The notes beneath the pieces were generated by a model. It saw only the letters and a program-made list of their open reading frames with translations. It did no database searches and was not told the origin of the DNA. Both the position numbers and the translations under genes were made by a program. A DNA stretch of 32,000 bases. Origin: Clostridia bacterium. GTDB taxonomy: Bacteria; Bacillota; Clostridia; Christensenellales; Aristaeellaceae. The stretch covers positions 11,559-43,558 of the forward strand of contig JAZLIA010000103.1 of assembly GCA_045617125.1 (NCBI GenBank). Reading direction: 5' to 3'. Shown piece by piece: positions 18,562 to 26,685 of this stretch (the first letter of the stretch is position 1; every line of letters starts with the position of its first letter).

Positions 18562-18650
18562 GATTACGAAGATAATAGGTGATCCAAAACAAAGAAGCAA
18601 TCAAGGTAAAAATACCTAAATGAGGAAATGAACAAAGTGAGGAAATGAAG

Positions 18651-19811
18651 ATGGCTGCATTTCATGATCCTTTGATTGTAGCGTTGGAGGATGGGCGCTA
18701 TTTGGGGCTTTCCACTGATCTGGATGTTGCTGGCGTTCAGGCTCGCTATTCGAACGATCTTCTAAACTGGGGAGAACCTTTTACACTGCTGAAGGAAACA
18801 CCGGAAACAGTCAAACACCATTGCGGAACAGATCATTTCTGGGCTCCTGAATTAATAAAGCGCAAAGATCGATGGCGTCTCTATTGCTGCGCTTCACGCT
18901 TTGGAACAACCCAAAGCATAATTGGTTTGGCAGAATCTGATACGGCGGAAGGACCATTTGCATACCAGGGTGAAGTTGTCGTAACGAACCATTGCCAACG
19001 TTTTACACAGCCAAACGCCATTGATCCTTGTGTTTGTGCTGACCGGAACGGAAAGGACTGGCTGATATATGGTTCCTTCTTTGGAGGTATCCATGTTCTA
19101 CCTCTTGGAGACGATGGTTTTCCGGAGGAATACAACGAAGGAAAGCTCATTGCAGGAGGGAACAGCCAAGCTATTGAGGGAGCATATTGCATCTATCATG
19201 AACCATCTGATCGGTTCATCCTCTTTACATCCTGGGGAGATTTGAAATGCAGTTATCATGTGCGAGTCGGCTACAGCAAAGAGATCAGCGGACCCTATTT
19301 GGATTCGAATGGTATCGACCTTGCCAATGATGACCCCATTCATTCCCCTGGCGATATGCTGTGTGCAGGCTATCACTTCGGAGGCTTAGATGAAACAGGT
19401 ATCATGGCGACAGGACATAACAGTGTCATGAAAACCGGAGGGGAAACCTACATGGTACATCATGCACGACCGGAATATGATGTAAAGCATCCTTTCCTGC
19501 AGATCCGAAGGCTTCTGTTTGATGATTCGGGCAGAGTATATGCCTCCCCTGTCCCCTATAATGGGAAACAGATTCTGCCTTGTGAACAGTTACCTGAAAA
19601 TTGGAATATCGTTTATCTTTGCAGATTGAATATGGGAGTCACCTATTCAGTGTATGCATCCAAAGAGCAGCTTTCAATGGAACTCCAAAAAGGTCAGCTT
19701 TACGCAAAAGCCTTTGGGAAGAACTGGAAGGGTCAGGTTTGGAAGCAGGGTGAACAGTATGTTTTTTCTATGCTGTCTGATGATGGAGAGACACTTTGGG
19801 GAATTAAGTAA
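18651..19811 (+). CDS. Glycoside hydrolase family 43 (arabinanase/arabinofuranosidase-like), no signal peptide
   Basis: An HDP motif sits at the N-terminus. FWAPE, AIDP...YGSFFGG and IEGAY motifs indicate a 5-bladed propeller GH43, with a C-terminal extension of about 80 aa. The start is set at ATG 18651, 7 nt after GAGGA. The ORF-track ATG at 18645 is only 1-2 nt from the SD. Confidence 0.85.
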   Translation: MAAFHDPLIVALEDGRYLGLSTDLDVAGVQARYSNDLLNWGEPFTLLKETPETVKHHCGTDHFWAPELIKRKDRWRLYCCASRFGTTQSIIGLAESDTAEGPFAYQGEVVVTNHCQRFTQPNAIDPCVCADRNGKDWLIYGSFFGGIHVLPLGDDGFPEEYNEGKLIAGGNSQAIEGAYCIYHEPSDRFILFTSWGDLKCSYHVRVGYSKEISGPYLDSNGIDLANDDPIHSPGDMLCAGYHFGGLDETGIMATGHNSVMKTGGETYMVHHARPEYDVKHPFLQIRRLLFDDSGRVYASPVPYNGKQILPCEQLPENWNIVYLCRLNMGVTYSVYASKEQLSMELQKGQLYAKAFGKNWKGQVWKQGEQYVFSMLSDDGETLWGIK

Positions 19812-19869
19812 AATCTCAAGAATTATTGATATCGATATCGATTTCCTTAGGAAATAATTAATATCCCCG

Positions 19870-19898
19870 TTGACATCCCGTAGATATTATGCTAATAT
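19870..19898 (+). promoter_or_regulatory. sigma-A promoter for the cyuA-like/URO-D/ABC importer operon
   Basis: The -35 is TTGACA (19870-19875), followed by a 17-nt spacer and a -10 of TAATAT (19893-19898). The ORF-track start at 19870 is the TTG of this -35 box. Confidence 0.6.
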
Positions 19899-19932
19899 TA
19901 TTACAATGATAATTAAAAATGGAGCAGCAAAT

Positions 19933-21204
19933 ATGAATCACCTTGAAATGATCGATCTGATAAAATTGAAGATCAAACCTGCCGTAGGCTGTACAGAACC
20001 CGGGGCTGTAGCATATGCAGTTGCTCTTGCCAAAAAGTATTTGGGCGAAGAACCGGAAAAGGTTACAGTATATGCAAGCCAGAACATTTTGAAAAATGCT
20101 ATGGGTGTCGGTATTCCAGGAACCGGGATGTACGGTTTGCCCATTGGTATTGCACTCGGTGTCGTTTGCGGCAACGCAGATAAAGGTCTGACAGTGTTGG
20201 ATTCTGTGGATCAAAACGCTGTTAATTCGGCAAAATATTTATTAGAACAAAATACAATCACGATCAAAACCAGCAACAGTCCTGAAAAGCTCTATATTGA
20301 AGCGCATTTGGAAGCAAAAAGCCATTATGCCCGGGTTATCATTGAAAAAAGTCATACCAATGTGAAGCTGATTGAAAAGGACGGTAATATGCTGCTTTCC
20401 GGAGCAGATACAAAAGAAAAAAATGAGGTGATCAGTGCAGCATCATGCCTGTCGCTTCATGATATTGATTCCTTTGTTCGTGCTGTTGATTGGAATGAAC
20501 TCGCTTTTTTGCAGGAATGTGTTAAGATCAATACCCATATTGCAGAAGAAGGACTCAAAAATGATTACGGCCTCTCTTTAGGCAAAAGTATGTTGGACCT
20601 TGCTAAAAACACTCAGGAAATCAGCGAAGAACAATATGCTATTGCTTATGCCTGTGCCGCAGCTGATGCCAGAATGGGCGGATGCACATTGCCAGTTATG
20701 TCTTCCTGTGGAAGCGGCAATCAAGGATTGACGGCAACACTTCCTGTGATTGCGATTTGCCGGATAAGACAGTACACACCGGAAATGATGTATAGGGCTT
20801 TGGCTTACAGCCTGTTGGTTACAATTCATGTAAAAGAGCATATCGGGCAATTGTCCGCACTATGTGCATGCAGTGTGGGTGCATCTATCGGCACAGCTGC
20901 CGCGCTGGTATATCTCAATGGCGGCGATTTTGAAAAAATCTGCACAGGTATTGAAAATGTGATTGCGGATGTTTCCGGAGTGATATGTGATGGAGCAAAA
21001 TCCAGCTGTTCCATGAAGATCGCCACAGGAGTAAGCAGTGCATTTCGTGGTGCGCTGATTGCAGGCAACAATCATGGTGTAGATGCCAAGGACGGTATTA
21101 TAGGTCATAATGCTGAGCAGTCTATCGATAATCTTGGAATATTATGCCATGATGGAATGAACTCAACGGATAACGTGATCATGGAGACCCTTGTAAATAA
21201 ATAG
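19933..21204 (+). CDS. UPF0597 / serine-dehydratase-alpha-like family protein (CyuA/YhaM-type L-cysteine desulfidase family)
   Basis: Motifs KPAVGCTEPGAVAYA, GVGIPGTGMYGLP, ADARMGG, SCGSGNQGLT and ADVSGVICDGAKSSC match what I recall of E. coli YhaM/CyuA along the whole length. The ATG at 19933 is preceded by GGAG. Confidence 0.85.
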   Translation: MNHLEMIDLIKLKIKPAVGCTEPGAVAYAVALAKKYLGEEPEKVTVYASQNILKNAMGVGIPGTGMYGLPIGIALGVVCGNADKGLTVLDSVDQNAVNSAKYLLEQNTITIKTSNSPEKLYIEAHLEAKSHYARVIIEKSHTNVKLIEKDGNMLLSGADTKEKNEVISAASCLSLHDIDSFVRAVDWNELAFLQECVKINTHIAEEGLKNDYGLSLGKSMLDLAKNTQEISEEQYAIAYACAAADARMGGCTLPVMSSCGSGNQGLTATLPVIAICRIRQYTPEMMYRALAYSLLVTIHVKEHIGQLSALCACSVGASIGTAAALVYLNGGDFEKICTGIENVIADVSGVICDGAKSSCSMKIATGVSSAFRGALIAGNNHGVDAKDGIIGHNAEQSIDNLGILCHDGMNSTDNVIMETLVNK

Positions 21205-21251
21205 GAAAAGATGATCCGTTTCCGATGAAAAAAGTAGAAAGGATGATTAAA

Positions 21252-22220
21252 ATGAACAAGAGAGAACGCGTATTCAATGCCATTGACAAAAAGCCTGTGG
21301 ATCATGTGCCAGTCGGCTTCTGGTATCACTTTGGCGGGAAGGAAGCCATGGGTGAACCTTGTGTACAGGCTCATGTCAACTATGTGAAGGATTGTGATGT
21401 TGATATTCTCAAGATCATGTGCGACGGTTATTTCCCCTATCCTGTTCCTGCAGAATGCAAAACTGCTGAGGACTGGTTTGATCTTAAACCTTTGGGAAAG
21501 GATCATCCGTTCATCCGTGAGCAGGTGGAACGTGCTCGCCGTCTTGTTGAGGAAGTGGGCAAGGATATGCCTGTATTCTACAATGTGTTTGCTCCCTTCT
21601 CCTCCATTCGCTTTGGCGCCGGTGAAAGTCGCGTTATGAAGGACATTCGGGAAAACAAGCTCGCGGTCATGCATGCACTCGATGTGATCGCTCAGGATAA
21701 TGCGCTGCTTTCTGAACTGCTTATCCGTGAAGCAGGTTGTGATGGTGTGTATTACTGCGTGCAGGGCGGTGAATATGGCCGTTTCACTGTGGAAGAATAC
21801 AATGAAATGATCCGTCCCAGTGATCTTTATGTTCTGGAGCATGCGAATCGTTTCAGCAGTCACAATATCATGCACTGCTGCGGCTGGGCTGGTGCACGGA
21901 ACCAAATCGAGCTTTGGAAGGATTATCCGGTTGCATGCGTGAACTGGGCTGTTTATGTAGAGGATCTGTCTATGGAAGACGGACGCATTTTCTTTGGTGA
22001 TAAAGCCTGCCTGGGTGGGTTCCAGAGCCTTCATCAGGAAGGAAAAAATCACAAAGGGATCCTGCATAACGGAACCAAGGAAGAGATCCAGGAATATACC
22101 CGTGATTTGATCCTTTCCTTTGGAAAACGCGGTCTTCTGCTTGGTGCAGACTGCACCGTCAACAGCTTTATTGAGCATGAGCGTATTCGTTGGGTCGTTG
22201 AAGCTGCCCGTTCCATCTAA
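21252..22220 (+). CDS. Uroporphyrinogen decarboxylase (URO-D) family protein, MtaA/CmuA-like fold, function unknown
   Basis: About 322 aa. The N-terminus is RERVFNAIDKKPVDHVPVGFW. The length is typical of the URO-D TIM-barrel family. The start is chosen at ATG 21252, with AGAAAGGA at 8-nt spacing. The antisense ORF 21105-22178 is a codon-aligned shadow. Confidence 0.75.
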   Translation: MNKRERVFNAIDKKPVDHVPVGFWYHFGGKEAMGEPCVQAHVNYVKDCDVDILKIMCDGYFPYPVPAECKTAEDWFDLKPLGKDHPFIREQVERARRLVEEVGKDMPVFYNVFAPFSSIRFGAGESRVMKDIRENKLAVMHALDVIAQDNALLSELLIREAGCDGVYYCVQGGEYGRFTVEEYNEMIRPSDLYVLEHANRFSSHNIMHCCGWAGARNQIELWKDYPVACVNWAVYVEDLSMEDGRIFFGDKACLGGFQSLHQEGKNHKGILHNGTKEEIQEYTRDLILSFGKRGLLLGADCTVNSFIEHERIRWVVEAARSI

Positions 22221-22281
22221 GCAGCTTTATTGATCTGATACAGGATATGCGCAAGAATCCAACCGGGGGGGGTAAACAATC

Positions 22282-23223
22282 ATGGAATCTGTACAACACT
22301 ATCAGAAAGAACGAAGAAATAAACGTCTTCTTAAAAGGATTGGACATTGCTGGCAGCTGTATATCCTGATCCTGCCTGCGTTTCTATATATCTTCGTTTT
22401 TGCGTATATGCCCATGTACGGCATACAGATCGCTTTCAAGAATTATTCTCCCCGCAAGGGATATGCTGGTTCACCTTCCGTAGGTTTCAAATATTTCAAG
22501 CAGTTTTTCAACTCTCCGGACTTTGGAAGACTACTAGGAAATACGTTGAAGATCAGCTTTTACTCCATGGTTGCCGGGTTTCCGCTGCCGATCATCATGG
22601 CGCTTCTGCTGAACCAATGTTCCATAGGTCCGTTCAAGCGTGCGGTTCAGAACATCATTTATGCGCCGCACTTTGTTTCGACCGTGGTTTTAGTCGGTAT
22701 GATCAATGTCATGTTCTCCGTTAATTCCGGTGTTGTTAACACCTTAATGGAGGCATTGGGACAGGAGCGAATTTTGTTTACCGGCCAGCCAACGGTATTC
22801 CCGCACCTTTATGTTTGGTCTGGGATCTGGCAAAACATGGGTTGGGGTTCCATCATCTACTTTGCGGCACTTTCTTCTGTGAGCGAAGAGCTGCATGAAG
22901 CAGCCATTGTGGACGGCGCCAATAAATGGCAGCGGATTATCCACCTTGACTTGCCTACCATCATGCCCACTATCACTATTATGCTGATCATGAATCTGGG
23001 TCAGATCATGAATGTTGGTTTTGAGAAGGTTTATCTGATGCAGAACAACCTGAACCTGCAAACTGCGGAAACGATCCAGACCTATGTGTATAAACAGGGT
23101 CTGATCCGTTCCAATTACGGTTATTCCACTGCAGTAGGACTTACCAACAATGTGGTGAACCTGATCATGCTCGTTTCCGTTAATGCCGTAACAAGAAAAA
23201 TGGGCGGCAGCAGTCTGTGGTGA
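22282..23223 (+). CDS. Carbohydrate ABC transporter permease, LplB/YteP-like
   Basis: 313 aa and multi-TM. The N-terminus has KR...W.LY.L.LP...Y...F.Y.PMYG.QIAFKNY. The EAA loop is EAAIVDGANKWQR. Confidence 0.9.
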   Translation: MESVQHYQKERRNKRLLKRIGHCWQLYILILPAFLYIFVFAYMPMYGIQIAFKNYSPRKGYAGSPSVGFKYFKQFFNSPDFGRLLGNTLKISFYSMVAGFPLPIIMALLLNQCSIGPFKRAVQNIIYAPHFVSTVVLVGMINVMFSVNSGVVNTLMEALGQERILFTGQPTVFPHLYVWSGIWQNMGWGSIIYFAALSSVSEELHEAAIVDGANKWQRIIHLDLPTIMPTITIMLIMNLGQIMNVGFEKVYLMQNNLNLQTAETIQTYVYKQGLIRSNYGYSTAVGLTNNVVNLIMLVSVNAVTRKMGGSSLW

Positions 23224-23238
23224 AGGAGGATATGAAGG

Positions 23239-24135
23239 ATGGCAGTCATTAAAAAGACGAGAGCAGATAAAGTGTTTGATATCGTCAACTTTATCTTACT
23301 GCTGATCATTGGTCTGATCATTCTCTATCCTCTGTACTTTGTTGTCATCGCATCTATCAGCGATCCCAATGCAGTCAACAAAGGTCAGGTCGTGTTTTTC
23401 CCAAAGGGAGCGACTTTGATGGGATATTCCAGACTATTTCAGGATAAAACGATCTGGACCGGCTATCGTAACACTTTCCTTTACACCCTTGCCGGAACCA
23501 CCCTTGATGTGATCGTCACCGTGTGCGCGGCATATGGTCTGTCCAGGAAGGAACTCGTTGGCCGAAGTATACTGATGAAATACTTCATTTTCACCATGTA
23601 TTTTTCAGGCGGTCTTATCCCTCTATATGTTCAGGTAAACAATCTGGGATTGTACAACACGCCCTGGGTGCTCATCCTTCTGGGAACGGTGTCAGTGTAT
23701 AATCTCATCATTGCCAGAAGTTTCTTCGAATCCACGATTCCACAGGAACTGTTAGAAGCGGCAAAGCTGGATGGCTGCAGCGACTTCAGATTCTTTGTGT
23801 CGATCGCTCTCCCTCTTTCAACTTCCATTATCGCCGTGCTGGTCGTGTATTATGGAGTTGGTCATTGGAATCAGTATTTCAACGCTTTGATCTTTATTTC
23901 CAAGCAGAAGTACTATCCTCTTCAGGTGGTGCTTCGTGAGATCCTGATCCAAAGCCGTCAAACAGAAAGCGTTATCAGCGAAGGCGACATTGCAGAAATG
24001 ATGGAAAAGAACAAATACGCGGAATTGATCAAATTTGGCGTTATCGTTGTTTCCTCACTGCCGGTCATGGTTCTTTATCCCTTTGCTCAGAAATTCTTCG
24101 TGAAAGGCGTTATGTTAGGCGCTGTGAAGGGATAA
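23239..24135 (+). CDS. Carbohydrate ABC transporter permease, LplC/YtcP-like
   Basis: 298 aa and multi-TM. The EAA loop is EAAKLDGCSDFRFF. GGAGG lies 9 nt upstream. Confidence 0.9.
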   Translation: MAVIKKTRADKVFDIVNFILLLIIGLIILYPLYFVVIASISDPNAVNKGQVVFFPKGATLMGYSRLFQDKTIWTGYRNTFLYTLAGTTLDVIVTVCAAYGLSRKELVGRSILMKYFIFTMYFSGGLIPLYVQVNNLGLYNTPWVLILLGTVSVYNLIIARSFFESTIPQELLEAAKLDGCSDFRFFVSIALPLSTSIIAVLVVYYGVGHWNQYFNALIFISKQKYYPLQVVLREILIQSRQTESVISEGDIAEMMEKNKYAELIKFGVIVVSSLPVMVLYPFAQKFFVKGVMLGAVKG

Positions 24136-24191
24136 TTATTTATTACGAATTCAATGCGGAAGCGTTGAAAAATAAAAAGGAGGTAAACCCT

Positions 24192-25784
24192 ATGTTCAAG
24201 CGTACCATTTGCACGATTTTGACCGTTGTGATGCTGGTGACCTTGGTCCCTGCCATCTATGCGGAAGAAATCACCTTCCCCTTGGTCAACGAACCTTTGA
24301 CCCTTCACTTCATGGCTCCCCGTCCTTCTGACTATGCCGGTGGCTATGCTGACATGAAACTTCTTAAGGAATACGAAGCTATGACCGGAATCAAGATCGA
24401 ATGGGAAGAAATTCCTTCTTCCGGTTGGGGAGAGAAGATCCAGCTGGTTCTGAATTCTCCTGAATTGCCCGATGTTATTTACTCCGGCGGTATCTCTGCC
24501 AGTGACGCTGCCAAGTATGGCCGCGACGGTGTGCTCCTTCCCCTGAACGATTTGATCGAAAATCATACCGTGAACATCAAGCGCCTTCTGGCGAGTCGCC
24601 CCGATCTGAAGAAGTTGCTTACTTCTCCTGATGGTAACATCTGTGGCCTGCCCCAGATCGATGAATCCGTGTCCACGCAGATCGCCGGTGTGCTCGGCAT
24701 GAACATGACCTGGCTGGAAAATCTGGGTCTGGAAATTCCCACCACCATTGATGAGTTCACCGAAGTGCTGCGCGCCTTCAAAACGCAGGATGCCAATAAG
24801 AATGGCGATCCTAATGATGAGATCCCCCTGTCCCTGCGTTCCACCAATTCTTCTGACCGTACCACCTGGATCGGTTCCTTCTTTGGTCCCTTTGGCGTTG
24901 TTGATGACAGCACCCATATCATGGTCAAGGATGGAAAGGTCATCTTCGTTCCTGAAACCGAAGGCTTCAAGAATGCTCTGCGTTACTTCAATGGCCTGTA
25001 CAAAGAAGGACTGCTGGATGCTGAAAGCTTCACTCAGGATTCTTCCACTTTCTATGCCAAGGCACGTTCTCCTGAAGGCATCGGTGCATCTTATGTGTTC
25101 TCCACCTTTGATCTTGACGAGAACGACAACACGTATAATAACTACGATCTGATCGACCCCATCAAAGGTGCTGACGGCAAGGCCCTTGTAAACCTGGCCA
25201 ACTATATCTCCGGTGTTGCTCAGAACCGTTATATGATCACCGCTGACTGCGCTGATCCCGTGGCTGCCATAAAGTGGATCGATTACTGGTGCGACAACGG
25301 TGAAAATGCACTGACAATGCGTTTCGGTTATGAAGGTGATTCCTGGGCCTGGTTGGATGACGAACATAACCAGTTCACCGAGCTTGCTCAGACTCCTAAT
25401 GGTGATAAGGTAAATCAGGCTTACGTTTCTCAGTTTACCCCTTACACCAACGCTGTAATGTGGGAACTGCAGGATCTCTGGCGCAAAAAGAAGAATTCTG
25501 CTCCCTATTTCATTGAGCGTGCTGAAAAGGCTAATGGCAGCTATCGTGCCGTCGCTGTGACGGAAATGTGGCCCATGGTCGCCTTTAACGAGGAAGACAA
25601 CGAGATCTTTGCTGAGATCAATACCGATCTGGTGAACTACGTTGAAAACACGATGACTCTGTTCATGGTCAATGGCTTCACTGATGCGGAATTTGACGCT
25701 TTCGTGAAGCGCTGCCACGAACTGCGCTGCGATGAACTGGTCCAGCTCTATCAGGGCCGCTATGATGTGTTCATGGCCAACTGA
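24192..25784 (+). CDS. Extracellular solute-binding protein, large LplA-like oligosaccharide-binding component
   Basis: About 530 aa. The signal peptide is MFKRTICTILTVVMLVTLVPAIYA/EE. The ATG is preceded by AAAGGAGG at 8-nt spacing. The ORF-track TTG start at 24165 is rejected. The antisense 569-aa ORF is a shadow. Confidence 0.88.
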   Translation: MFKRTICTILTVVMLVTLVPAIYAEEITFPLVNEPLTLHFMAPRPSDYAGGYADMKLLKEYEAMTGIKIEWEEIPSSGWGEKIQLVLNSPELPDVIYSGGISASDAAKYGRDGVLLPLNDLIENHTVNIKRLLASRPDLKKLLTSPDGNICGLPQIDESVSTQIAGVLGMNMTWLENLGLEIPTTIDEFTEVLRAFKTQDANKNGDPNDEIPLSLRSTNSSDRTTWIGSFFGPFGVVDDSTHIMVKDGKVIFVPETEGFKNALRYFNGLYKEGLLDAESFTQDSSTFYAKARSPEGIGASYVFSTFDLDENDNTYNNYDLIDPIKGADGKALVNLANYISGVAQNRYMITADCADPVAAIKWIDYWCDNGENALTMRFGYEGDSWAWLDDEHNQFTELAQTPNGDKVNQAYVSQFTPYTNAVMWELQDLWRKKKNSAPYFIERAEKANGSYRAVAVTEMWPMVAFNEEDNEIFAEINTDLVNYVENTMTLFMVNGFTDAEFDAFVKRCHELRCDELVQLYQGRYDVFMAN

Positions 25785-25817
25785 TGTTCCGACCAACTAA
25801 TCCCTAAAGTAAGAATG

Positions 25818-25843
25818 CCGGCTGTGGCACATGCCGCAGCCGG
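25818..25843 (+). terminator. Hairpin terminator after the ABC importer operon
   Basis: CCGGCTG(T)GGC (25818-25828) pairs with GCC(G)CAGCCGG (25833-25843) as a GC-rich stem around a 4-nt loop. The trailing U-tract is weak (TATACTTT). Confidence 0.6.
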
Positions 25844-25897
25844 TATACTTTAAACATACCATTTGAAGACATGACAAAACGTTTTTTCCCAAAATGG

Positions 25898-25926
25898 TTG
25901 AACTCATAATTGAAATATGGTATGCT
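25898..25926 (+). promoter_or_regulatory. sigma-A promoter (extended -10) for the GntR-AKR unit
   Basis: The -35 is TTGAAC (25898-25903), followed by a 17-nt spacer ending in TGG and a -10 of TATGCT (25921-25926). Confidence 0.55.
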
Positions 25927-25970
25927 TTCCATGTATTTTTTCTATGAGCAAATGATTTGGAGTGAATGCG

Positions 25971-26624
25971 ATGAAAGAGAAAAAAACCACATTGATGATG
26001 CAGGTTCATGATTCGATCCTGGAAATGATCATCAACGCAGGACCCGAAAGTGATCATCTGTTACTGACGGAAGGTGCTCTTGTTGAAAAATTCGGCTTCA
26101 GCAAGGCACCGGTTCGGGAAGCTTTGCTTCGGCTTTGTTCAGAAGAAGTGTTGACGAGTATACCGCGCTGCGGTTATGTTGTTGTTCGCATCGGAGAAAA
26201 AGGCGGCTATGATAACCTTGTTGTAAGGGATGTTCTTGAAACATCATCTTTGGAACGTTATTTTGACGCTTACGTACCGGAAAAACTGGAAAGTATAAAG
26301 AAGATGCTAGATGATGCCCGAAAGAACATGAGTGGAATGACCAATGTATGGAACATCTGGCAGAGCAATGTTGATTTTCACTGTGCATTGATGCAAATTA
26401 CGGATAACGAAGCCATCTGCAAGCATTTGAAACAATGTATCGAAGTAGAACGACGCTTTTACGCACAAAACCAATGGAAAGTAAATCAAGTATTCAAGAC
26501 AAGTTTCTATCCGGAGGTTCATGAGGCGATTTATAACGCAATTTGTGAGCACGATAAGGAAAAATCGATTCGTCTTCTCCATATGGACATTATGGGAGAC
26601 CCTTCCAAAAATAATTATCAATAG
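25971..26624 (+). CDS. GntR-family transcriptional regulator (FadR/FCD subfamily)
   Basis: An N-terminal winged HTH (LLTEGALVEKFGFSKAPVREALLRL) is followed by an all-helical C-terminal domain of FCD size. The ATG at 25971 lies 8 nt after GGAG. The ORF-track start at 25962 is a GTG. Confidence 0.85.
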   Translation: MKEKKTTLMMQVHDSILEMIINAGPESDHLLLTEGALVEKFGFSKAPVREALLRLCSEEVLTSIPRCGYVVVRIGEKGGYDNLVVRDVLETSSLERYFDAYVPEKLESIKKMLDDARKNMSGMTNVWNIWQSNVDFHCALMQITDNEAICKHLKQCIEVERRFYAQNQWKVNQVFKTSFYPEVHEAIYNAICEHDKEKSIRLLHMDIMGDPSKNNYQ

Positions 26625-26685
26625 GGCGTGATGTGCATTTCATCTTTCCTGATAAAGCACAGACACGCTGTAAAAAGGAGATAAG

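Noticed and set aside
18628-18648. Six-codon uORF (MNKVRK) overlapping the ORF-track GH43 start codon (18645) in an ATGA arrangement
   Set aside because: Its ATG lies only 1-2 nt after the duplicated GAGGA, too close for initiation. The same argument moves the GH43 start to 18651. The 12-nt duplication is real but is better described as a duplicated SD region.
19870-19932. Longer N-terminal extensions offered by the ORF track (starts at 19870, 24165, 27730, 25962, 29207, 30860, 21225, 6614, 8292, 12340 and 2689)
   Set aside because: Several are TTG or GTG codons that fall inside promoter -35 boxes, terminator stems or the upstream gene, and none has an SD. In each case an internal ATG with a GGAGG-like RBS at 5-10 nt gives the family-typical N-terminus.
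22265-22272. G8 homopolymer at the RBS of the LplB-like permease; possible phase-variation tract
   Set aside because: G6-G8 runs serve as the SD of several other genes here, including the GH5 gene and the ORF at 1-59. The tract is therefore the organism's RBS style. It is outside coding sequence, and its length alone gives no evidence of variation.
23964-23977. cre-like site AGAAAGCGTTATCA (one mismatch to TGWAANCGNTNWCA) inside the LplC-like permease gene
   Set aside because: About one or two such one-mismatch hits are expected by chance in this amount of sequence. It is intragenic and no promoter-proximal cre was found, so I do not call catabolite control from it.
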